43,072 nt of DNA, taken from positions 77,706,308-77,749,379 of the forward strand of contig NC_068982.1 in NCBI RefSeq assembly GCF_001194135.2. The letters are read 5' to 3'. The position numbers were made by a program, and so were the translations under genes. Positions 22,801-34,150 of this stretch are shown piece after piece. Position 1 is the first letter of the stretch. Every line of letters begins with the position of its first letter. The notes under the pieces are model-generated. The model ran no database searches, was not told the origin of the DNA, and was given only the letters and a program-made list of their open reading frames with translations. The stretch comes from Octopus bimaculoides (lineage: Eukaryota).

Positions 22801-25119
22801 TTATGATGATGATGATGATGATAAATTTGTGTTTGCAAAGAACTCCTCCTCTACTCTATAGCATTCACTGCATAAACATAGCTATGCATACATGTACAGA
22901 CATGTATATGTGCACTCATGTGCACATACGACCTGCTTGGTGGGTGGGCGTTATTGTGTAGCCTCAATTATCCTTGATTAAGCAGACTTGTAGCTTTTAG
23001 ATGATTGTTAGAATGCCTGGCACAGACCATGGATCTCTTTCTCCTCCATTAAAGAACAGATTTCTTGTTTATGAAAATAAATCTTGAAATTTATCTCTGA
23101 AAACTTTTTTCCTTGACTCATTTAAGTTTGGAGGTATACAGCCTAGTGCTTAGGGTGTTGTATGTATGTGTGTTTGTGTGCATGTCTTTGCATCTGTTCC
23201 TTTCACAGCTTGACAACCAGTCTTAGTTTGTTTAAATCTTCATAACTTTGTGGTTCAGCAAAAGTGGCAGATTTTGATAAGTGTCAGACTTATAAAATTA
23301 AGTCCTGAGGTTAATTTGATTGACAACCCAGCATGGTTGCAATCCAATGATTGAAACAAGTAAAAGAATTAAATAACTTTGGCATGTTTTTAAGATATTG
23401 ATTTCTTTTGATATGTTACAAGGACAATTTGTACAGAGGCATGTGTGGGAGGTGGTGGTGGATATAGTCTTTTGTACTGACTTATATCAGTTTTTTGTTA
23501 GTCATAAAATATCACTTTATTCTATTTAATTATCTGTCTCATAGATTGGACATTTCATAATGGTATCATTGAAGTTGTTTATGTTTTTGAAAAGCCAATA
23601 CAATGCAAGTTATAAATAAGATAAGTGAGTGCTCTGTGTTTTAACATCTATTTTGATATTTCAAGGAGATTGAAGATTTGGTCTTGCTAGCTAGCTTTTC
23701 TGTTCTGTAGTGTGTATATGTGTGTATGTATATAGAGGAAGTACTTTGCATGCACAGGATAACTTAGCTATAATAGCCAGTTGGTTGTGTGCAGCTCAGT
23801 TCTGTTGTTAATAAATTGTTTGGTTTTGCTAATGATGATGGCTTCTTTATTCTCAAGTTCCCAATGTTTCATTCTATTCTATTATCGAAATTAGTGTTTT
23901 TGCTCTATAAGGCAGTGAGTTTGCCTGAAAGGGTAGCCTCAAGAAAAAGGAACTGAAAGAGGTTCTAGATTACACTCATGTGTATTATTGTGTTTTTTTA
24001 AAAATTATTATTATTCATCTCTGCACATAAATATCTACTGAATAGTAGGCACCTTGGGTAAACATCTTCTATTATAACTACTGATTAACTGATGCCTTGC
24101 GAGTCAGTTTTGTAGATAAGAACTACAGGAAGCCTGCCATGTATGTGGTGTGTGTATGCATGTGTGAATGTTCGTGTTCCTTGTTGACATTATGATCAGT
24201 TGCTCTCTGTGCTTTTAAAAACATGTAGACTATAAAATCCCTTAGGATGAACATGTAATGATTAGTGACAGGAAGAGCATCTGGTTGTAAAATTTGGCTT
24301 CCCTATCCAAAGATTTGCTTTTCTGGAGGGGAAGGATTGTGAAAAGTGTTTCATGTGTGGTGTGGGAAATTAGACAAAATAGTAACAGTGATGGTAAGAT
24401 GAGAGAAAGATTGGTTGGGTAGCATTGTGTGGAGAAGGCTACTGTAGTTGTAGTAGTAGAAGAGAGAGAGAGAGGAAACTATGTTTCTGTGAGCTAGTTA
24501 TTGATGCATGTAGGTGAGGTGAACCACCAAAATATAAACTATTAATTATATTTGCTACTTATTCATAAATATTCCTTTCATATAACAGAATGTGATAGTT
24601 GACTGGGATTACTTTTAACTGAAAATCTATATCACATATTTACATAATTACTTTTCTGAAGGATTTCTAAGATTTATGGGTCTTGAAATTTGCGTCATCA
24701 ACATTACATTGAGCAAAGACTTTTTTTGTTTCCCTATATTAAGTGTAAATGTGCAGTGGCCTAAGTGATTAATGTGTCCTATTGACTAAAATGTTATGAG
24801 TTCATACCCTGCTGAGATTGTTTCATGCTCTCAAGTTAGTTATATTTCACCTCTAGCATCAGTCTGTGTAAGTCTTTGTTTCCATTTTGTGAAGTTGATG
24901 CTTAGAGTACTCAGATGAAGATGATGTTGAGAATACTTAGATGAAGAAGTTGATGGTATGGTACTATTAATTCTGACCCTTCTGTTTGTAATTACATTAA
25001 TCATATATATATATATATATATATCATATTGACTGGAAGCACACAGCATACCTGGTCAATGGGTATCATCAGGTTGTTTTTTTAACACCATAATTTATTT
25101 AAACACCGTAATTTATTTG

Positions 25120-25336
25120 AAATTTAGACTTAACTGCCTGAGATTGCCTGTAATTTAAAACTTACTATTTTAAAGTAATTTAAATTAAAACTGTCCTTCA
25201 AAACTTTAAGTTAAGTTACATTCCAAATATCAACTTAATATTGGCAAATTTATTTTACTAAATTCTTCATTATTTTCAAAATTAATTGAAACAAAAGCAG
25301 TATATTTGAACAGAAATATGGTAATGAAATGGTTAA
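25120..25336 (-). mobile_element. piggyBac-type MITE (family 2), inverted partial copy
   Basis: ATTTTCAAAATTAATTGAAACAAAAGCAG...GAAATGG-TTAA is the reverse complement of the family 2 left half. Confidence 0.6.
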
Positions 25337-25349
25337 AGATTATAGCTAT

Positions 25350-25517
25350 AGATGCAGGAATAGTTGTGTGGTAAGAAGCTTGCTTCCCAACCACATGGTT
25401 CTGGGTTCAGTCCCATTGTGTGGCACTCTGGGCAAGTATCTTCTACTATAGCCTTTGACCAACTAAAGCTTTGTGAGTGGATTTGGTAAATGGAAGCTGA
25501 AAGAAGACTGTCATGTA

Positions 25518-25574
<57 letters not shown>

Positions 25575-25790
25575 ATGTGTCCGTGTTTGTCCCCCACCAC
25601 TTGATAACAAGGTGTTGGTCTGTTTACATCTCTCTAACTTAGTGGTTTGGCAAGAGAGATCAATAGAATAAGTCTCAGGCTTGAAAAAAAGAATACTGGG
25701 GTTGATTCATTTGACTAAAAGTTCTTCAAAGTGGTGCCCCAACATGGTCACAGTTTAATGACTGAAACATGTAAAAGATAAAAGATAAGA
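25350..25790 (+). mobile_element. Full-length tRNA-derived composite SINE
   Basis: Head AGATGCAGGAATAGTTGTGTGGTAAG...GGTTCAGTCCC, (TA)n(TG)n linker, and 3' module ending GTAAAAGATAAAAG. Confidence 0.85.
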
Positions 25791-27028
25791 TGCCATTGCA
25801 GATTTTTATATTATCTATTAATGAAATTACAGGCAATTAACTTAGAAAATTAAAAAAAAAAGCTGCTTTTATCCATCGTATATAAAAGAAATTAACAAAA
25901 ATTAGATCAACATTTTTTAAGATTTAGGTTGCTACATTAATACTAAAATGTTACAAATAAAAAACTAAGATTGAACACCTGAAACTACCTAATAAATTAC
26001 CAATTTAAAAGAAATAAACTCAATTAGATACTTAACCTTCCTATTGAAGATTAAAACATTATTTGAATATAAAATTTATGTGAATGTAACATGAAAGATT
26101 CCATGAAATGAAATAAAAATTGCAAAAGATGAAAAGATTATTTCATCTGAAATTTATTATTAAAGAAACTTTATAGAATAGCAACTAAATCAACATTCCA
26201 AATCCAAAATTGATTTAAGATTGGTGCAGGCATGGCTGAAAGGTTAAGATGTTCACTTCTTAACCTTGTGGTTTCAGGTTCAGTCCTACTGTGCAGCACG
26301 TTGGGTAAATGTCTTCTACTAAAGTCCCAGGCCTACTAATGCCTTGTGAGTGAATTTAATAGGCAGAAACTGTATGAAGCCTATCATATATGTTTGTATA
26401 TATATATATATATATATATATNNNNNNNNNNNNNNNNNNNNNNNNNNNNNNNNNNNNNNNNNNNNNNNNNNNNNNNNNNNNNNNNNNNNNNNNNNNNNNN
26501 NNNNNNNNNNNNNNNNNNNNNNNNNNNNNNNNNNNNNNNNNNNNNNNNNNNNNNNNNNNNNNNNNNNNNNNNNNNNNNNNNNNNNNNNNNNNNNNNNNNN
26601 NNNNNNNNNNNNNNNNNNNNNNNNNNNNNNNNNNNNNNNNNNNNNNNNNNNNNNNNNNNNNNNNNNNNNNNNNNNNNNNNNNNNNNNNNNNNNNNNNNNN
26701 NNNNNNNNNNNNNNNNNNNNNNNNNNNNNNNNNNNNNNNNNNNNNNNNNNNNNNNNNNNNNNNNNNNNNNNNNNNNNNNNNNNNNNNNNNNNNNNNNNNN
26801 NNNNNNNNNNNNNNNNNNNNNNNNNNNNNNNNNNNNNNNNNNNNNNNNNNNNNNNNNNNNNNNNNNNNNNNNNNNNNNNNNNNNNNNNNNNNNNNNNNNN
26901 NNNNNNNNNNNNNNNNNNACGATCTCTGGATTACCATTTCTCTGATAGTCTGCTCCTGTGCATGAACTTAATAGAATAAACTTCAGGGTTGACATCCAAA
27001 TGATATATATATATATATATATATATGA

Positions 27029-27361
27029 AGGCGCCATGCTCAGTGGTTAGAGTGTTGAACTTATGACCATGAGGTTGTGAGTTCGAATCCCGGACCGGGC
27101 TGCGTGTTGTGTTCTTGTGCAAGACACTTTATTTCACGTTGCTCCAGTTCACTCAGCTGTAGAAATGAGTTGCAATGTCACAGGTGCCAAGCTGTATCAA
27201 CCTTTGCCTTTCCCTTGGATAACACTGGTGGCGTGGAGAGGGGAGGCCGGTATGCATGGGCGACTGCTAGCCTTCTATAAACAACCTTGCCCGGACTTGT
27301 GTCTTGGAGGGTAACTTTCTAGGTGTAATCCCATGGTCAGTCATGACCGAAGGGAGTCTCC
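27029..27361 (+). mobile_element. tRNA-derived SINE of a third family with well-preserved pol III boxes
   Basis: Box A TGCTCAGTGG (27037-27046) and box B GTTCGAATCCC (27081-27091), followed by a ~270-bp non-tRNA body; flanked by (TA)n on both sides. Confidence 0.8.
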
Positions 27362-27605
27362 GATATATATATATATATCTATATATATATATATATGTAT
27401 ATATATNNNNNNNNNNNNNNNNNNNNNNNNNNNNNNNNNNNNNNNNNNNNNNNNNNNNNNNNNNNNNNNNNNNNNNNNNNNNNNNNNNNNNNNNNNNNNN
27501 NNNNNNNNNNNNNNNNNNNNNNNNNNNNNNNNNNNNNNNNNNNNNNNNNNNNNNNNNNNNNNNNNNNNNNNNNNNNNNNNNNNNNNNNNNNNNNNNNNNN
27601 NNNNN

Positions 27606-27644
<39 letters not shown>

Positions 27645-28010
27645 GTTTGTGTGTCTGTTTGTCCCCCCAGCATCGCTTGACAACTGATGCTGGTGTGTTT
27701 ATGTCCCCGTAACTTAGCAGTTCGGCAAAAGAGACCGATAGAATAAGTACTAGGCTTACAAAGAATAAGCTCAGTGGGGCCGGGGGGAGATTTTCTCAAC
27801 TATAAAGGTAGTATTCCAGCATGGCCACAGTCAAATGACTGAAACAAGTAAAAGAGTAAGTAGTAGATGTTCTCTCGACATCATTCACACGCACCTGACT
27901 TGGGCTAAGAAGTTACAGCTCAAGTTGTTATCTATAATCATAAAAATTAAAAGTAATTCAAATTCATTGTTTTCTTGAAACAATAAATTTCTAAAGAGAT
28001 TAGTATTTAA

Positions 28011-28268
28011 ATTCCAATCTATGAAAAGTTTCCATTCTACAATATTCTCAAAGGAACGAAAATTTATCCAGCAACTCAAGCTAATACAAATGAGCCTAGT
28101 AGGTGTAAAAAACTAACTGGCATCTCTTGTCAAGAGTACAGGCGACAGTCAGAACACTTCTGTTTGTTGTGCACTCCACTGTTATTTGATTGCTGTTATT
28201 CTGTGCATCTGTGTGTGCAAAGATCAGTTTTGTTTTGCAGGGTTGCTTTATTTTCACCCTTAACTTAG
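28011..28268 (+). pseudogene. Possible degenerate piggyBac transposase C-terminal cysteine-rich domain
   Basis: An open frame with no ATG encodes PATQANTNEPSRCKK...RRQSEHFCLLCTPLLFDCCYSVH, resembling piggyBac C-termini (RCxxC...RxxTxYxCxxCxxPLC..CF..YH) but missing two Cys. Judged by eye only. Confidence 0.3.
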
Positions 28269-28421
28269 AAATGGAGAAAGACATAGTACTAGATATATAA
28301 AAAAAAGTCCATTTGGGGCTAGAAATCTTGGGAGTAAACGTGAAATTCTTCAAGCAAGCATGTGTCATATGCGAAATCTCTGATGAGCCCGAGTGATGCT
28401 GATGACCTGGAGTTGCCTCTG

Positions 28422-28469
<48 letters not shown>

Positions 28470-29543
28470 NNNNNNNNNNNNNNNNNNNNNNNNNNNNNNN
28501 NNNNNNNNNNNNNNNNNNNNNNNNNNNNNNNNNNNNNNNNNNNNNNNNNNNNNNNNNNNNNNNNNNNNNNNNNNNNNNNNNNNNNNNNNNNNNNNNNNNN
28601 NNNNNNNNNNNNNNNNNNNNNNNNNNNNNNNNNNNNNNNTATATACATACATATATATATATATGTATGTATGTTTGTGTGTATGTGTTAATTAGGTGAT
28701 GATTATGGCCTTATTCCCAACTCAAAGTACAACCTATAGTGGTGGTTTTTAACCTGGGCAAAAGTGCCCCCTTGGTGGTGTTCGGAGCACATAAGGAGAC
28801 TTAGCGCATTTAGAGGGAGACATAATTTTTTTTTGTAGAAGTAAAATATTTAAACCATGAAAAAACTTGTATATTTGCAACACATTTTTTTAAAAAACAT
28901 CTTTGTCGGGATAAGAGTAGAACATTGTGCTATTAGTGAGCAGAAAATATGACTTATGATCTGCTAATGGTCAATATGATTTCATTATATAAGGATTGCA
29001 TCATATTCCACTGTCTGCTTTGACAGTTTCATCATATCTTTTTCTTGTGTGTACCAGAACCATATTTCTAAAATGTCCTTTTTCTAAGACAATAGGGTGC
29101 AATTTGTAAAAATGGAATTTGGCTGCTATTTCTTGCATGTCAAGCAACCATGAGGCAGATCCTGTTGGTTATGATGGAATAAAATAAAAATTAAATATAA
29201 TTTTTTAGGTCTACTTAATTATATTATTAAATAAAAGGAAAGTAAAAACTTGGTTTCGACTTCCTGTGTGTTTCAATTCTTGTCAAAAATGTAATGAAAG
29301 AAGCACTGGCATTATCTGAACTGCTGGTCAGTTAGTCAGTGTGCTATGAATGCTGAATGGATGCACTCTGAGTTCAAATTCTGCTGATGTCAGATATGCA
29401 TCCAGTCCAATGTTCTTACCATTCTAACAATCCACTGAGCACAAAAATAGACTGATAACCACTAATGTCTGCTACTTCATTCTATTTGATAACAAGGTAT
29501 AGTGAACATTAATGTTAATTAATCAAAATGAAGTGATTAGGAT

Positions 29544-29772
29544 TTAACCCTTTAGCATTCAGACTGCTCTGTCAAATGTAATGTTTATTTATTGACATTC
29601 TTTTGAATTAATCATGCATTATCTCATAGCTCTCACAACTTCAATAGTGTAATTGTTTATTCTTTAAGTAACATTGCAGAGTAGGTGTGAGAGGTTGCAA
29701 ATGGCTGGTTTGAATATAAAGCAGGTAGAACATTTGGGCTGGACATGGTCGGTTTAAATTCTAAAAGGTTAA
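29544..29772. mobile_element. piggyBac-type MITE (family 3, 221 bp)
   Basis: TTAA (29544-29547), CCCTTTAGCATT ... AATTCTAAAAGG, TTAA (29769-29772); TIR match 10/12. Confidence 0.85.
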
Positions 29773-30396
29773 AGTCAGTGGATTGGCAGAAGGATAAAAA
29801 TGGACTGGATGCCTTGTGACATTCGTCTCGGCTTTCTGTATCTTGAGTTCAAATTCCGCCATGGCCTACTTGGTTGATAAAATTAATCAGTTGTCCAGTT
29901 GCACCTGGCATCTTGGGTGCCTTTAGCAGGGTCCACTCATATGACAAGCATTTGAGAATACTTTCTTCTCACCCTTCCTCACATCAATCTCAAAGGCTCT
30001 CTAAAAGGTCATGGGCGCTGCCTTTCCTCTTGAAAAAATACTAAAAACAAGAGAAAAAGAACAAAAGAGTTAAATATCAAAGAGAATCTTAGTCTTGCAA
30101 GCTGCTTAGTGATCTCACTAGTGTTAGTTCCGTAGAGAAAGCACCCAGTACATGCTGCGAAGTGCTTGGCATTAGGAAGGGTATTGAACCATAGAAACCA
30201 TACCCAACCAGACAACAGAACATAATGCAGTCCAAAGACTTGGATTCTGTCAAACTATCCAACCCATGCTAGTATGGAATGTGGATGTTAAATGAGAATG
30301 ATTACTACAATGATGATAATGTATTGCTAACACTATAGTAATAACAATAATCTGAAAAACTATGTATTAAAGATTCTAATATTTTATTTTTTTCAG

Positions 30397-30603
30397 TTGG
30401 AACAATGGGACCAATCATCTCTTATTCAACATGCTTCCTGGAGGCATGATGGAATATAGTACTATTCTTAGTGTCAAGACAGACAAGGCTATCATTGCAG
30501 GAGGTGGATTTTCTACATGGACTTACCGAGAGACTTATGATGTATCCATTCCTGTCTTCAATCCTCTTGTTGCTAAGGTTAAGCTCCCTAATTTACCTAT
30601 CAC
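30397..30603 (+). CDS. EXT2: Exostosin-2, second coding exon, 207 nt (absent from the ORF track)
   Basis: TTTTCAG|T TGG... gives (S)[68 protein letters not shown], matching EXT2 [16 protein letters not shown]...[23 protein letters not shown]. Phase-2 donor AC|GTAAGT at 30604. Confidence 0.97.
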
Positions 30604-33040
30604 GTAAGTCTATTTCTACTTTCTAATGTTTTTTCCTTTTCTTATATTTTACAAATAAAGCTGTCTGTCTGTTACTCTGTTTTCCACAGCTCATAAGTTA
30701 AATTCATCATCATCATCCCTTGGAGAGTACTGTCTTGAGTCCTAGAAATCATAGGGCCAGTTACTTGGTTTCCATGACAAAGATCACAATGCTCCCCCTG
30801 AATGGGATACTAGCCCATGCAGAGTTACTCATTTACTGCTTAGTGGACTGGAGCAATGTGAAATTAAGTGTTTTGCTTAAGAACACAGCTCACTGCCCAG
30901 TCAGGAAATGAAAACTACAATCTTGTTTTCATGTGTGCAACACCCTAACCACTAGACCACATGCCTTCACTTAAATGCTAAATACCCAGGGTTCAAATTT
31001 TTTCTCTGATATTAACTCAGTGGATGCACCTGTTTGACTTTGCAAACATCCTTAACCCTTTTGTTGAAATATGTTGCCTTTATTTGAATTAATTTTGAAA
31101 ACAAAAATTTATTAAAACAACTGATGTTTGGGTCATGAAATTTTCTTAAAAATATTATTATATTTCTTGTTCTTATGAACAAGAAGGAGGTGCACCACCC
31201 CTTGCCAAGTTTTACTGATTATAACTCTAACCCTAACCCTAACCCCTTGCTAGGCCTTACTGATTCTCTAGAACTGTAAACTCTCTTAAACTCTCACTCA
31301 TTACACATTTTCTTTGTGAGATGGGAGTTCAAAATGAGCACCAACAGCATCAACATTAGCTGTCAAGGAGAGCCTTTAAGGGATAAAGGGACTGCCCCTC
31401 TTCACACATAAAATGATAATAAAAATATTCTGTAGGGTCTTAGTGGATTTTTGGAAATTTTTGCAGGTAAAAATAATAATTACCATAATTTGTAATTTAG
31501 CATGAATCTCATCTATTCCAATGTAAAATTTATATATCAATTGCACTATAACTTTTGCAAGATATTTCATATATATATGTGTGTGTGTATATTCTTTTAT
31601 TCTTTCATAACATTTCAGCCCAAAGGCTGTGGCCGTGCATATATATATATATATATTTGTATGCATTCATCATATGTACTTACATGCATATATATATATA
31701 CGTACATACACACACACACATACATATATGTATATATACACACATCTTTACACTTACATATACTTAAATTTATCTATTTATTTCATTTGTTTGTTCATTT
31801 ATAGTAACCAAATTATAGACTTGGTGACATTTTCATTTTGCCAACTTGTATCTTTTGGTACATGCACCAGAGACTTAAGCACTCTCATGGGCATGTTTTT
31901 GTCATATTTTTTTAAGTAGTACAAATTCTGCTGTCTATTCCATGATACTGACATTTCAGTGACTTAACTTTTCTGTCAATAAATATTACAAAATCAGTAG
32001 TGTTGTGTTTTATCAAACCTTTTCTAGGAATTTCCAGAATTGTATTCCAATAAGTAACAGGTCTTCAGGATTATGATGTGTACAATTTCTACACATTATA
32101 CAATATATTGGAAATGGACTTTAGTTATTCTTCAAACTAGCTGAAATACTGCTCTCTGGAAAGTTTTCTACTGGTTTCTAAATATTTACACATTTGATTC
32201 TCATTTTGTGTAATTTCTCTCACATGTCACATCTAATTTTCCTTTCTATCTTAATTTGTTTAATAATACTCACTTGCTCAGTAAATACCTACAGAAGTGT
32301 CACCCCCTCTCCCTCCACCATCAACTCTCTTTCCTCATAACTTTCAAAAAATGGGTATTGTATTTCTTATTGAAATTTTTTACAGTTTCATTTCAGAAGG
32401 TGTAAATTACAATTATATTAGAATTTAATGTGAAAACAATGAGGTGGGATGGATATTTCATGCATTTTAACTTTGTTTCCTCATACATTTTAGTGATGTA
32501 GATCAATTTTGTTGAAAAAAAATTACTTTTGAGACCAATGTAATTCCTGCTATTTCTAGCATACTAAATGACCATGTGCAGGGTGGGCCACTTTTGAGTT
32601 TATTTAAAAGAGAGAGATTAAAAATGATAAAATAATGAAAGAAATATGTATTCATTTTTCTACAANNNNNNNNNNNNNNNNNNNNNNNNNNNNNNNNNNN
32701 NNNNNNNNNNNNNNNNNNNNNNNNNNNNNNNNNNNNNNNNNNNNNNNNNNNNNNNNNNNNNNNNNNNNNNNNNNNNNNNNNNNNNNNNNNNNNNNNNNNN
32801 NNNNNNNNNNNNNNNNNNNNNNNNNNNNNNNNNNNNNNNNNNNNNNNNNNNNNNNNNNNNNNNNNNNNNNNNNNNNNNNNNNNNNNNNNNNNNNNNNNNN
32901 NNNNNNNNNNNNNNNNNNNNNNNNNNNNNNNNNNNNNNNNNNNNNNNNNNNNNNNNNNNNNNNNNNNNNNNNNNNNNNNNNNNNNNNNNNNNNNNNNNNN
33001 NNNNNNNNNNNNNNNNNNNNNNNNNNNNNNNNNNNNNNNN

Positions 33041-33077
<37 letters not shown>

Positions 33078-33090
33078 TATATATATATAT

Positions 33091-33735
33091 TAGTGACCAA
33101 GACATTTGGAAATATGCCATGCTTGAGAAGACCTGGCAAGCCAAGTGAGACCATAACCCATGGCCTATGCCAGGGGTGTAACCTGCCCACTTATGCGTAC
33201 CTTTCCTTCATTGGACGCTAAACTCTGCTTGCGAAGACCTGTTGAGGCAAGTGAAATTGAAATCAAATTCAATGATAGCACCCATGACTGGCATCCATGC
33301 TAGTGGAGCACTAAGAGCACCATCCGAGCGTGATGGTTGCCAGGGCAGCTGACTGGCTCCTGTGCATGTAAAAAGCACCATTCGAGCATGATTGTTACCA
33401 GCGTCGCCTTACAGGCACTTGTGCTGGTGGCATGGGAAAAACAATATTTGAGCGAGGTCGTTACCAGTGCCGCTGGACTGGCTCTTGATGGCATGTAAAA
33501 AATACCATTTAAATGTGGCCATTGCCAGTACCACCTGATTGGCCCTTGTGCTGGTGGCACGTAAAAGCACCCACTACACTCTCGGAGTGGTTGGCGTTAG
33601 GAAGGACATCCAGCTGTAGAAACTCTGCCAGATCAGATTGGAACCTGGTGCAACCATCTGGCTCGCTAGTCCTCAGTCAAATCATCCAAACCATGCCAGC
33701 ATGGAAAGTGGACGTTAAACGATGATGATGATGAT
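33091..33735 (+). mobile_element. RTE LINE 3' end: last ORF codons, full 3' UTR with tandem units, (GAT)n tail
   Basis: AGT GAC CAA...AAG TGA gives SDQDIWKYAMLEKTWQAK* (RTE DR..WR-like terminus). The UTR has about five ~65-nt units, the core GTTGGCGTTAGGAAGG and GTTAAACGATGATGATG. Confidence 0.85.
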
Positions 33736-33904
33736 ATAAATGTATGTGTGTTTTTTTCAGTGTTTACAAGTAACCCGGAAAAAATAAAAAGATAGTTACC
33801 AGGATAGCAAAAATTCGCACAAATACCAAGGATGTAATAGCCTACTTACAAAGGTAGAAACTCCGGATTTAGGTGAAATGATTTTGTATAATATAGATAG
33901 ATAA

Positions 33905-34118
33905 ATAAATAAATGGAGTTAAAGACAGGTGTTATTCAATTTTTTTACTTCCGACATATGTTTTGAAGAAAACATTGTTTGTCTTTGGTTTCTTTCTTTC
34001 CCTGATGAGAAGATTGCATTGTTTTACACCATTTTATTCCTTCTGGAATAGTACCAATGTTTTCTTCAAAACATATGTCGGAAGTAAAAAAATTTGAATA
34101 ACACCTGCGTTTAACTCC

Positions 34119-34128
<10 letters not shown>
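33905..34128. repeat. Near-perfect inverted repeat (73/74-bp arms, 77-bp spacer), probably a Penelope-like terminus
   Basis: 33905-33977 versus 34055-34128: two mismatches and one indel. Confidence 0.9.
33997..34084 (+). ncRNA. Type I hammerhead-ribozyme-like motif with one core mutation (GAAA to AAAA)
   Basis: TTTCC-CTGATGA-GAAGA...TCTTC-AAAA-CATATG-TC-GGAAG. Helices I and II pair, helix III is the palindrome ACATATGT, and the cleavage triplet is GTC. Confidence 0.6.

Positions 34129-34150
<22 letters not shown>

Larger units (their letters stand above)
10431..30396 (+). other. EXT2: EXT2 intron between the first two coding exons (~19.97 kb including gaps)
   Basis: GTAAGT...TTTTATTTTTTTCAG; joining TC+T gives Ser and keeps the frame into [15 protein letters not shown]. 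Confidence 0.9.

Noticed and set aside
27029-27101. tRNA gene
   Set aside because: Box A and B are present, but there is no clean acceptor stem or T-run terminator and the sequence continues into a SINE body.
28362-28424. CTGATGA motifs as a C/D snoRNA or hammerhead
   Set aside because: The C-to-D spacing is only about 44 nt with no terminal stem, and CGAAA precedes rather than follows CTGATGAG, so the hammerhead topology fails.
33290-33575. CRISPR-like array
   Set aside because: The units are whole tandem repeats without unique spacers and lie in a eukaryotic LINE 3' UTR; there are no cas genes.
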